From NCBI GenBank assembly GCA_027485695.1, contig JAIXQO010000004.1, positions 194,408 through 258,407 on the forward strand: a stretch of DNA of 64,000 nucleotides, written 5' to 3'. The notes beneath the pieces are model-generated. The model searched no databases. It saw nothing but the letters and a program-made list of their open reading frames with translations, and was not told where the DNA came from. The DNA comes from Pseudomonadota bacterium (GTDB lineage: Bacteria > Bdellovibrionota > UBA1018). Each line of letters starts with the position of its first letter. The stretch's first letter is position 1. The translations under genes and the position numbers were made by a program. Shown piece after piece: positions 10,003-17,956 of the stretch.

Positions 10003-11066
10003 TTGACCGTACCCCGAATCGCAAGCCCCATCGGGACGGCGATCAACGATGCGGCATCTTGAAGAAGCTCAGGAGGGATCCCCTTCATCGAAGACGTAAT
10101 GCGTGCGAACGGGTTGAGAATCTGCGCCGGGATTCCAACCCGTTCTTCGACGATACGAGAGAGTTCCGGTAGTTTCGAGCTTCCGCCGGTGAGGAGCACG
10201 CTGTTGACCGGAGCTCCCGAAGACGAGGCGTTATAGAAGTCGAGGGAACGCTTGATCTCGACCGCAAAGTTCTCGGCCGCGACCATCATCAGTTCGACGA
10301 CTTCTTGAGGTGTCGCACCGTCGGCAAAATTCGTTTTCATGGATTCGGCTTCTTCGAAACTCAAATTGAGGTTCTTCTGGATGTCCGAGGTGAGGTTCCG
10401 TCCACCGAATGCGGAATCCTTGGTGTAAACGGGCACACCATTGTCGATCACTGCGACTTTGATGGCTGCGGAACCGATATCCACGAGCGCAGTTGCTTCA
10501 TTCGGAATTAAACCGTAGTTCGCCTCAAAAATATTTTGGAGCGCTAGGACTTCGGAATCGACGATCTTGATCTTAAGGCCGCCTCCTTGGATCGCGTTCG
10601 TAAAGCCTTCCATCACGGAGATTTTTGAAGCAATAAAAAGCACATCGGTTCGATGGTCCTTACCACGAGAAATCATGTGGTAATCCATCGAGACTTCACT
10701 CGGATCGAACGGAAGGTATTGTTCGGCTTCCCAGAAAACGGCGTCTTGAAGGTCCTTGACCTTCGGCACTTCGACGGTCATTCGCTTGATGATAACGGAG
10801 GCGCCCCCCAGGCCGGTCACCACTTGCTTCTGCGAAGGTTTTTTCTGCTTAACGATTTGACGAATGGCTTCGGTGACGGCGACTGGATTTACGATCTCGC
10901 GATTGACCACAGAATCTTCTGGCAAAGGAAACACACCGAAATTCGTCAATTGGAATGACTTGCCGGATTTCCTGAGCTCGACAAATTTGACCGATGACGA
11001 GCCGACGCTAATCGCGACTGCGTTTGAACCGGACGTGAGAGAAGCGAGTAAATCGCCAATTGCCAT
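9999..11066 (-). CDS. pilM: pilus assembly ATPase-like protein PilM (actin/FtsA fold)
   Basis: 355 aa with actin-like ATPase motifs (VDIGSAAIKVAV, LLTGGSSKLPEL). It is the first gene of the pilMNOPQ array. Confidence 0.85.
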   Translation of the reverse strand: MAIGDLLASLTSGSNAVAISVGSSSVKFVELRKSGKSFQLTNFGVFPLPEDSVVNREIVNPVAVTEAIRQIVKQKKPSQKQVVTGLGGASVIIKRMTVEVPKVKDLQDAVFWEAEQYLPFDPSEVSMDYHMISRGKDHRTDVLFIASKISVMEGFTNAIQGGGLKIKIVDSEVLALQNIFEANYGLIPNEATALVDIGSAAIKVAVIDNGVPVYTKDSAFGGRNLTSDIQKNLNLSFEEAESMKTNFADGATPQEVVELMMVAAENFAVEIKRSLDFYNASSSGAPVNSVLLTGGSSKLPELSRIVEERVGIPAQILNPFARITSSMKGIPPELLQDAASLIAVPMGLAIRGTVK

Positions 11067-11253
11067 AGAAGAGCCGATCCATCCTTGGAGGGTCAGATGA
11101 CTGGAGAAAACTGATGGACGATCACAGTCGAGTGACGACCCTGATCTCTCCCGCTCGGAATCTCCCTATCATCTGATGATCAAAACACTTCCGAGTTAAG
11201 AAAAGTTTACATGATTATGTCAACGGAGCAACTGCCGTAAGATTTTATTATCT

Positions 11254-11871
11254 TTATTGAAATGAGACTTCGCCGTTGTGGGTCGCAATGCGGACCACCG
11301 ACCAGCGATCGAGGCGCTCCGTCGCCAAGTCTTTGACGGGAGCGATAGCAAAAACGGTTGTTTCAAGACCATCTCCGCGACTCTGAAATCCGCGTTCTGG
11401 ATCATAACAAACTTCGGTAGAGACTTGTGGGATGCCGACTTGTTGGCCAATTGCCTGGGTCAAAACGACGAATCGCCGCCCACTGCGCGCACGAGCAACT
11501 AACCACTCCTTGAGAGGCTCACGTCCGACGGTCGAACGACAATCACGAATCGTCTCTGTTTTTATCCAGATCTCGTCCCCCCGCTTCTCCAGGATGATCA
11601 CTACGGGTGAGTGGCGGATAGAGCTCTCGAGGCGCACTTCCAGTACGGTCTCCGCGACTTTTCTTGCGATCCCCTCACCTAGCCACTTCGGGTACCGGTC
11701 TCGGACCGTGGGAACCGCGAGGATGGAAAGCGACAAAAAGAGAAAAAGCGCCAGAATCCAATTCTTTTTACGTTTGAATCGGACCTCGAGCTTTTCCCAA
11801 AGAACGAAGTTTCTCCACTCCGACTCTTTCCAACGATTTTCGGCTACATCAGATTCATGAAGGGGTGCCAT
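11254..11871 (-). CDS. hypothetical single-pass membrane protein between pilD and pilM
   Basis: 205 aa with one TM (WILALFLFLSLSILAV) and a periplasmic domain with no recognisable motifs. It overlaps the pilD 3' end by 28 nt. Confidence 0.4.
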   Translation of the reverse strand: MAPLHESDVAENRWKESEWRNFVLWEKLEVRFKRKKNWILALFLFLSLSILAVPTVRDRYPKWLGEGIARKVAETVLEVRLESSIRHSPVVIILEKRGDEIWIKTETIRDCRSTVGREPLKEWLVARARSGRRFVVLTQAIGQQVGIPQVSTEVCYDPERGFQSRGDGLETTVFAIAPVKDLATERLDRWSVVRIATHNGEVSFQ

Positions 11872-12665
11872 AAGATCTCGCCCAGAAGATGGTAATACAA
11901 TCCCCCAAGCACGAGAAAAGGTCCATAGGGGAGCGAGTATTTCATCAATCCTTCTGGAACCTCTCCTTCGAGCGAGCTCGGCCGTGATTTCTGACGTACG
12001 GCCAATACGATTCCGAACACGCTGCCCACGATCGAGCTAATAAAAATGGTCGTCAGGACACCGAGAGGACCGATGAACGCTCCAATCATCGCGATCAGCT
12101 TGATGTCGCCGCCTCCCAGGCCCATTTTTCCCGTACGCCACTCGTAGTACCAGGCGATCGCGTAGAAAAAGGCGAATCCCGCGATTGCACCAGAAAACGA
12201 TTGAATAACCGTAATAGACGGATCAAAGAACGAGAGCGCCAACCCCCAAACCAATCCACCTAAGCTCAAGCGATCCGGAATAATACGATGATCCAAATCG
12301 ATAAAAGTCACTGCAACTAAGATCGCGGCAAAAGGGAAATCCTTAAGAAATAGCCAATAAGAGAATCCAAAACGGATTTTCAGCGCGAGAAACAATAGAC
12401 CGGTCAGCAACTCAACCACCGGATAACGAAACGGGATAGAGGTCTTGCAATGGTGGCATTTGCCTCTCAATGCGAGGTAACTCAGTACGGGAATATTTTC
12501 GTAAAAGCGAATGGCGCCGCCGCATTTCGGGCAATGACTACCTGGAAACGCGATCGATTCGTCGCGGGGAACCCGGTAGATCACGACATTGAGGAAACTA
12601 CCGATAAACAAACCGGCCACTACCACAAAGACGTTGATCAAGAGCTCCGACGCTTCAAATAGCAT
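11844..12665 (-). CDS. pilD: prepilin peptidase / N-methyltransferase (A24 family)
   Basis: 273-aa polytopic protein with the tetra-Cys motif CPKCGGAIRFYENIPVLSYLALRGKCHHCK and conserved Asp-containing loops. Confidence 0.85.
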   Translation of the reverse strand: MLFEASELLINVFVVVAGLFIGSFLNVVIYRVPRDESIAFPGSHCPKCGGAIRFYENIPVLSYLALRGKCHHCKTSIPFRYPVVELLTGLLFLALKIRFGFSYWLFLKDFPFAAILVAVTFIDLDHRIIPDRLSLGGLVWGLALSFFDPSITVIQSFSGAIAGFAFFYAIAWYYEWRTGKMGLGGGDIKLIAMIGAFIGPLGVLTTIFISSIVGSVFGIVLAVRQKSRPSSLEGEVPEGLMKYSLPYGPFLVLGGLYYHLLGEILWHPFMNLM

Positions 12666-12668
12666 AGA

Positions 12669-13475
12669 CTATTCACGCCTCTGAATCAGAAGCGATGAGA
12701 CCAAGATCGATGCGAATGTGATCAGTATCGCATAAACACAAGAGGTGAGAACGAATGTGCCGCTCACCGGCAATCCGTAGGTGATAGTAAAACCGAGATT
12801 GAAATTTTCTAGGTTCGGCAAGATGAAGACCATCGATTTCAAAAGGGTCTTGACCACTCCTGGATCCATCTTGACGATCAGCGCATCGATTTCCGAAATA
12901 TTATTTCCTACGAGATAGAGACCAATCATGATGATGACCGTTTCAGACGAGGTCGAAAAAGACGCCACGATCAAGGTCAACCCGGCGAAGAACAAGCTCT
13001 GGATCGTCAGCAGGAAAACCCCATAGAAAAATGTTAGATTGAGCTTACCGCCAAAAGACAGGTAAAAAACTCCAATTGCGGCTGCGAGCACCGTGCAATT
13101 GAGAAGCAAGATGGCGAAAAGTCCAAAAAGCTTACCCAAAAGAAACTGAAAATGGGTAATCGGACGCGCCAGTGCCACGAAGATAGTTCGTCGCTCAAAT
13201 TCCTTCTGAATCATGCTTGCGCAGTGAAAAACCGCGATCATCATTCCCGACAAGTTCATCGCCGTGAACCCAAAATCGATGATCACTCGCTCAGGCGATA
13301 AGAATGTCAAATTCGATGCCGCAAACGCAATGCTCAAGAGCAAAACCGAGAGCAGAATGATGTTCAGCAAAACCTTATCACGCAGGATTTCCTGAAACGT
13401 GATTCTCGCGATTGCATATACCTGTGTGAACTTGATTCCCATGAGCTCACTTCCCTTTGCTTTCACGTGATTCAT
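12669..13475 (-). CDS. ABC-2 type transporter permease (PilI-like by position)
   Basis: 268 aa with 6 predicted TM helices. It overlaps the upstream ABC ATPase by 29 nt. The gene order matches pilG-pilH-pilI next to pilA in Myxococcus-type loci. Confidence 0.6.
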   Translation of the reverse strand: MNHVKAKGSELMGIKFTQVYAIARITFQEILRDKVLLNIILLSVLLLSIAFAASNLTFLSPERVIIDFGFTAMNLSGMMIAVFHCASMIQKEFERRTIFVALARPITHFQFLLGKLFGLFAILLLNCTVLAAAIGVFYLSFGGKLNLTFFYGVFLLTIQSLFFAGLTLIVASFSTSSETVIIMIGLYLVGNNISEIDALIVKMDPGVVKTLLKSMVFILPNLENFNLGFTITYGLPVSGTFVLTSCVYAILITFASILVSSLLIQRRE

Positions 13476-14364
13476 AGCGTTCTTCGAGGGATGACCTGAT
13501 CGGCGCTACACTGCGAATCCGTCCTCCTGCATCCATAATTGCCCGCAAGACCACTTCGACGTTTTCACGGCTATCGAGCTGAATGCGGACCGAGTTTGTC
13601 TTTTCAGATACCAGACTCATATGCGGGAGTCTCGGAAGCTGGGCGGCACTAAGTCCAGCAACCTCCACATCAACCCCCAATGTTTCTTGCTCAAGAAAGT
13701 TCGAGACGATTCCCGTGTCCACTATTTTGCCTTGGCGAATAATGGCTACGCGATCGCAAATCGCCTCTACGTCGGGAATCACGTGGCTGCTAAAGAGGAT
13801 GGTTCTCCCCTCACGAGAGAGCTCCAGGATCAACTCACGAATTTCCTTCCGCCCAGTGGGATCAAGACCGCTCATCGGTTCATCCAGAACGAGGAGCTCT
13901 GGGTCATGCAGGATCGCTTGCGCGATACCGATGCGCTGGAGCATACCTTTGGAATACTTCCTGAGCTCCAGTTTTCGGGCATGAGCCATTCCGACGCTCG
14001 CAAGCACTCGATCGACTCGAGACAATACGGTACTTTTTTTCATTCCAGATAACCGGCCGAAATAGACCAAGAACTCTTCCCCCGTGAGGAAGTCATGAAA
14101 ATACGGTCGCTCGGGCAGATAGCCAATGTTGGACTTAGCACTATTCTGAAACGTCGGAACGCCTTTCCAAAGGACGACTCCCTCGCGAGGCCGCTTCATC
14201 CCGACTACTAAATGGATCAATGTCGTCTTACCTGCGCCGTTCGGCCCCAAGAAACCGAATATCGAGCCTGTAGGCACCTGAAAAGAAACTCCCTTGAGAA
14301 CTTCAACTCGGTTGAGCCAGAAGCCGCTGCGAAAGGACTGTTGGACCTGATTAATTTCTAACAT
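13447..14364 (-). CDS. ABC transporter ATP-binding protein (PilH-like by position)
   Basis: Walker A (GPNGAGKTT), ABC signature (YSKGMLQRIGIAQA) and Walker B (LLVLDEPMSGLD) are all present. Confidence 0.85.
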   Translation of the reverse strand: MLEINQVQQSFRSGFWLNRVEVLKGVSFQVPTGSIFGFLGPNGAGKTTLIHLVVGMKRPREGVVLWKGVPTFQNSAKSNIGYLPERPYFHDFLTGEEFLVYFGRLSGMKKSTVLSRVDRVLASVGMAHARKLELRKYSKGMLQRIGIAQAILHDPELLVLDEPMSGLDPTGRKEIRELILELSREGRTILFSSHVIPDVEAICDRVAIIRQGKIVDTGIVSNFLEQETLGVDVEVAGLSAAQLPRLPHMSLVSEKTNSVRIQLDSRENVEVVLRAIMDAGGRIRSVAPIRSSLEERYESRESKGK

Positions 14365-14370
14365 TCGATC

Positions 14371-15288
14371 TCACTCTCCCACGAAAATGAGTTGCCTGGG
14401 GGTTTCACTGTTTAATCTTGAATCGTTCGCGACAAAAACTTTACCGCCCACCGGATCCCTAGCAAACCGCGGATTCTCACGCACAAACTTGACCCATCGG
14501 TTCTGTGGAGTATCCCGGCTTGGAAATCGCTTGAATGCTTCATTTGCCTCGGCCAAAAACCAGGCAATGGCGAGGTCCCGTTTCTTCTTTTCCCAAATCG
14601 CTTTCTCGCGTTCATCTTTGGCCGAACGCAACGACTGAGAAATGATTCGGTCCGCAACTTCGTAACGACCTACGGGATCGGAGAGCCGCTTAGACAATCT
14701 CTTAAGATAAATGGGAGCGTCCGGGAACGAATCGATACCCTCGAGCGATTCGGACGCTGCCGCGAGATTGTTCATTTCAAATAGCTCAACGTACGCCTTG
14801 GTCAGTGGGATACGCCATTCGTTTTGCCAATAGTCTCTAATAAATGATTCGGAATAGCGCTTACGAAGCCCGTCTCTCCGGAATGCGTCGCCCTTTGAAA
14901 TAATCAGATAGGCGCCTTCGTTGTCGTTACGAACAACCGTCAAGAAATTCGCACCCGCCGTATAGAGCGCAAAGAATGCGGGATCAACTTCGGTTGCGAG
15001 GTCGAGGTCATAAAACTGCTTGGCTCGTTTGCCGACCTGGACGCGCTTCCACTCGGCGGTCGTCAAGAATTTCAACATGAGCCAATCGACGGCCAAAGTC
15101 GATTGGCCGAAACTGATGATCCGAAAAAGATTGGGGTTCCAGGTATAGCCGACGTCATCCGTGATCTCTTGAGAGACGCGAGGTCGCGCCACCACAAGGT
15201 CCTGTTGGACGAAAAGGCCGACGAGACAAACCACGCCGGCCGTGATCAAGGTCATAAATGACATACCCATAACTCTAGTCTGCATCAA
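14371..15288 (-). CDS. membrane-anchored periplasmic protein upstream of the ABC pair (PilG-like accessory?)
   Basis: 305 aa with an N-terminal TM (FMTLITAGVVCLVGLFV) and no known motifs. The assignment rests on gene order only. Confidence 0.4.
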   Translation of the reverse strand: MMQTRVMGMSFMTLITAGVVCLVGLFVQQDLVVARPRVSQEITDDVGYTWNPNLFRIISFGQSTLAVDWLMLKFLTTAEWKRVQVGKRAKQFYDLDLATEVDPAFFALYTAGANFLTVVRNDNEGAYLIISKGDAFRRDGLRKRYSESFIRDYWQNEWRIPLTKAYVELFEMNNLAAASESLEGIDSFPDAPIYLKRLSKRLSDPVGRYEVADRIISQSLRSAKDEREKAIWEKKKRDLAIAWFLAEANEAFKRFPSRDTPQNRWVKFVRENPRFARDPVGGKVFVANDSRLNSETPRQLIFVGE

Positions 15289-15356
15289 AACAAACGAAAG
15301 TGAGAGAAATTATACTAATGATTTTCACAGTCGACGGATCCCAAGGTCGGTATTTT

Positions 15357-15381
15357 TTGACAGTTGTGTACGCGTATACAC
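15357..15381 (+). promoter_or_regulatory. pilA upstream region: perfect -35 hexamer TTGACA followed by the imperfect palindrome GTGTACGCGTATACAC
   Basis: Read directly in the 200-bp AT-rich intergenic region 15289..15489. No canonical sigma54 GG-N10-GC element was found by eye. Confidence 0.25.
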
Positions 15382-15489
15382 GCTAATTTATTTAAATTAT
15401 TACTAAACAAATAATTGAATTCCGAAACAACTGTTATAGAATATTAATTAGATCGACACTAATAATCCGTGATCGATTAAGAAGGACGT

Positions 15490-16158
15490 ATGAAGATGAA
15501 AACAATGACCAGCCTGCCACCAAAGCAATCTGCAACCTTGAAGAACAGACTTGGCTTCACTCTTGTCGAGTTGATGATCGTCGTCGCCATCATTGGTATC
15601 TTGGCTTCGATCGCGATTCCGAACTTTCAGAAATACCAAGCCCGGGCTCGTCAGCGTGAGGCGAATATCGCGCTGTCCGCCATCTATACTTCCCAAAAGG
15701 GATTTATCGCAGAATCGAACACCTATACGGCATGCTTGAGACAGGCCGGTTACGTTCCTGAAACTAACGGAGCTAACGTCAACGCCGTCAAACGCTACTA
15801 CGCTGTCGGATTCACGACTGCCGTCGTGGCAGCAGCAAGCACTTGTGGACCAACGGGCAACCAAGCATGCCTAGCCTACGACTACTCCGATGCAACGCCA
15901 GTGGCTTGTACCGGCGGTTCGAACGCAGGCTTCACGTCAGCGGTAACTACTGTGGACATCAACTACTCGGCTACGGCCAAAGCGTTTAGCGCTGCAACCG
16001 GTCCTACGATCGCAAGCAACGCGGCAACTCTCGTCATCGCTCAGAACTCGTTCATCGCCGGCGCTGCCGGGAACGTATCTTCGACCAGCTCGCTCTACGA
16101 CCAGTGGACGATCAACGAAGGTAAAATTCTGAAGAACACGACCAACGGTATCCAGTAA
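15490..16158 (+). CDS. pilA: type IVa major pilin
   Basis: The class III signal is ...KNRLG|FTLVELMIVVAIIGILASIAIPNFQKYQ, with Phe+1 and Glu+5. The C-terminal half is Ser/Thr/Ala-rich and carries Cys pairs. A Shine-Dalgarno sequence AAGGA lies upstream. The leader is 22 aa from the ATG at 15490, 20 aa from the ATG at 15496, and 6 aa (MKNRLG) if the in-frame TTG at 15547 is used. Confidence 0.9.
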   Translation: MKMKTMTSLPPKQSATLKNRLGFTLVELMIVVAIIGILASIAIPNFQKYQARARQREANIALSAIYTSQKGFIAESNTYTACLRQAGYVPETNGANVNAVKRYYAVGFTTAVVAAASTCGPTGNQACLAYDYSDATPVACTGGSNAGFTSAVTTVDINYSATAKAFSAATGPTIASNAATLVIAQNSFIAGAAGNVSSTSSLYDQWTINEGKILKNTTNGIQ

Positions 16159-16196
16159 GCCTGATCGATACTGCTTAGATCGTACAAAAGTATATA

Positions 16197-16231
16197 GCCC
16201 CCCAGTCTAGATTGGATTGGGGGGCTTTTTT
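16197..16231 (+). terminator. rho-independent terminator after pilA
   Basis: The stem gcccccca/tggggggc (8 bp, all G:C but one) with a 13-nt loop is followed by TTTTTT. Confidence 0.8.
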
Positions 16232-16246
16232 GTTCATAATCGTTTC

Positions 16247-17953
16247 ATGCTCTTATCGAAGGAAAAGAATTCGCCCTATAAGATCGCGCTATTCGCGGCA
16301 ATTCCGATCCTGACCTTGCTCTCCCAGGTGATCCCGCTGATTTCAGCAGATCCCCTCTTGGAATTCGACGACCTCATCCTTATTCGTTCCGTTCAATCCG
16401 AATCGGTCTTGTCGTACTTTCAAAAGCTTTTGTCGCTCAACGCGATCGACATTCAACCGGTCCGTGACCTCCTCATTTTGGGGGAAATCCGCTTCTCAAA
16501 AATTTTCTTTTCCCCGTTTCATCTCGTGAATGTTTTCCTCGTCGCGACCGCCTGCTTTTTTTGGTTTCGAATCACGAAGAAATGGGTGACCACCCAAGGA
16601 CATGCTTGGACCGCAATGACCTTGGCTCTCATTTGGGTCTTGAGTCATGGTGCCTGGGTATTTAGCTTGAGCTGGGTCGCCGCCCAGAAACACTGGCTCG
16701 CCCTCATCTTTTTGTTGTTGGCCATCGACTGCGCAAGACTCGAAACACATCAGCAGCAGCAGAGGCTCTCGGTTTCAAAGCTCTCGGTCTTCTTCGCTGT
16801 ACTGGGCATGCTTTCCCATCCGATTCTTTGCCTCGTGGGACTGCTCCCCTTCCTATTCTCTTGGTTCTCAAAGTCACGCCCCAAGCTAATCTCTCCGACA
16901 ACGACACTCGCATTGCTCTCACTTTTACTCCTCGGCCTGAACTACCACTACTATCAGTCGATCTATCCAGGCCTCGTTGGGTTCGCGAAGTTCCAACCTG
17001 CGTACGACTTCACATTCGTTTCGACCCTTCTGCTGCGATTCGGGCGATATTTCTTCAATCTGGTTTGCCCCGCATTCATTGCAGTCACCTACTCACCTGC
17101 CTCCTGGCAAAATATTGTCGGCATACCAATCGCCGTCGTGATGGGGTACGCACTCCTCAAGCTACTGCCCAGACTACAAGCATTGGTCGTCGGCGCACTC
17201 ATTTGTATTCCGTTTTTCGCGACGGCGCCCTTTCAGCAGGGTATATTCTTGTCCGATACTTATCTTTTGTTTCCAGTGGCGGTAGTGGGCTGGCTGTTGG
17301 CCCGCCTCGTAAATGAAGTTCCTCGTGCCGGATTCATCGCCGCCGTTTTGATCATCGTCAATCTAGCAACCTCATTCTCTATACCCGAGAGCTTCAAAAG
17401 CGATACCAACCTCTGGATACGCTCGTACCAAGTTGAACCGGATCACAACAGTTTGCTTTCAGTGATCTACGCACAACTTCAACGTGGGCTTCTGAATGAA
17501 GCGCGTTACAATTTGGAAATCGCACAAGAATGGATTCCCGAGAGCGCCCTTCTCAAAGACTACTGGTGCGACCTCCATCGACAAGACGTCCAGAAGCCAG
17601 CTCGAGAGCGCATTGAAAAACTGGAAACCCTGGTGAAATCCAGTGATTCCTACTCCTGCCGAGAGGCATTGATCATTTTGCTTCTCGCTGAAAAACGAGA
17701 CAAAGACGCGATCTCAATTGCAATGAACGTAGGTCGACTCAACGTCACAGACTCACGACACACGGCTGAGAATCTAAGCGCTCGCCTCTACATAGCCTGC
17801 ACAAACGAGAAGATCGAAAACTGCGAACTCATTAAAGAGCGGTGGGTTGACCTGAGCCGGAGAAGGATTCTCCCGTGGAACGAAGCCGTCTACCAAACTG
17901 CCCTTAAAAATATCACCGATGCCAAGATCCGCGACGCAATCAATCGAGAATAG
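16247..17953 (+). CDS. polytopic membrane protein with C-terminal TPR-like domain, paralog 1; GT-C-type glycosyltransferase or Wzy_C-like oligosaccharyltransferase (candidate pilin-modifying enzyme)
   Basis: ~11 TM segments. An early loop carries the DD motif LLEFDDLILIRS, and further conserved motifs are DIQPVRDLL, HLVN and HGAWVFSLSWVAAQKH. The C-terminal ~160 aa form helical repeats. The track start at 16217 is a TTG inside the terminator stem, so the ATG at 16247 is used. Confidence 0.5.
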   Translation: MLLSKEKNSPYKIALFAAIPILTLLSQVIPLISADPLLEFDDLILIRSVQSESVLSYFQKLLSLNAIDIQPVRDLLILGEIRFSKIFFSPFHLVNVFLVATACFFWFRITKKWVTTQGHAWTAMTLALIWVLSHGAWVFSLSWVAAQKHWLALIFLLLAIDCARLETHQQQQRLSVSKLSVFFAVLGMLSHPILCLVGLLPFLFSWFSKSRPKLISPTTTLALLSLLLLGLNYHYYQSIYPGLVGFAKFQPAYDFTFVSTLLLRFGRYFFNLVCPAFIAVTYSPASWQNIVGIPIAVVMGYALLKLLPRLQALVVGALICIPFFATAPFQQGIFLSDTYLLFPVAVVGWLLARLVNEVPRAGFIAAVLIIVNLATSFSIPESFKSDTNLWIRSYQVEPDHNSLLSVIYAQLQRGLLNEARYNLEIAQEWIPESALLKDYWCDLHRQDVQKPARERIEKLETLVKSSDSYSCREALIILLLAEKRDKDAISIAMNVGRLNVTDSRHTAENLSARLYIACTNEKIENCELIKERWVDLSRRRILPWNEAVYQTALKNITDAKIRDAINRE

Positions 17954-17956
17954 GCA

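Noticed and set aside
16217-16246. Track start (TTG called as M) for the first TM+TPR protein
   Set aside because: The TTG lies within the stem of the pilA terminator hairpin. The downstream ATG at 16247 is the plausible start.
16741-16756. CAG-rich run (catcagcagcagcagagg) suggestive of a repeat
   Set aside because: It contains only four CAG units and lies inside a coding sequence (QQQQ), so it is not a repeat element.
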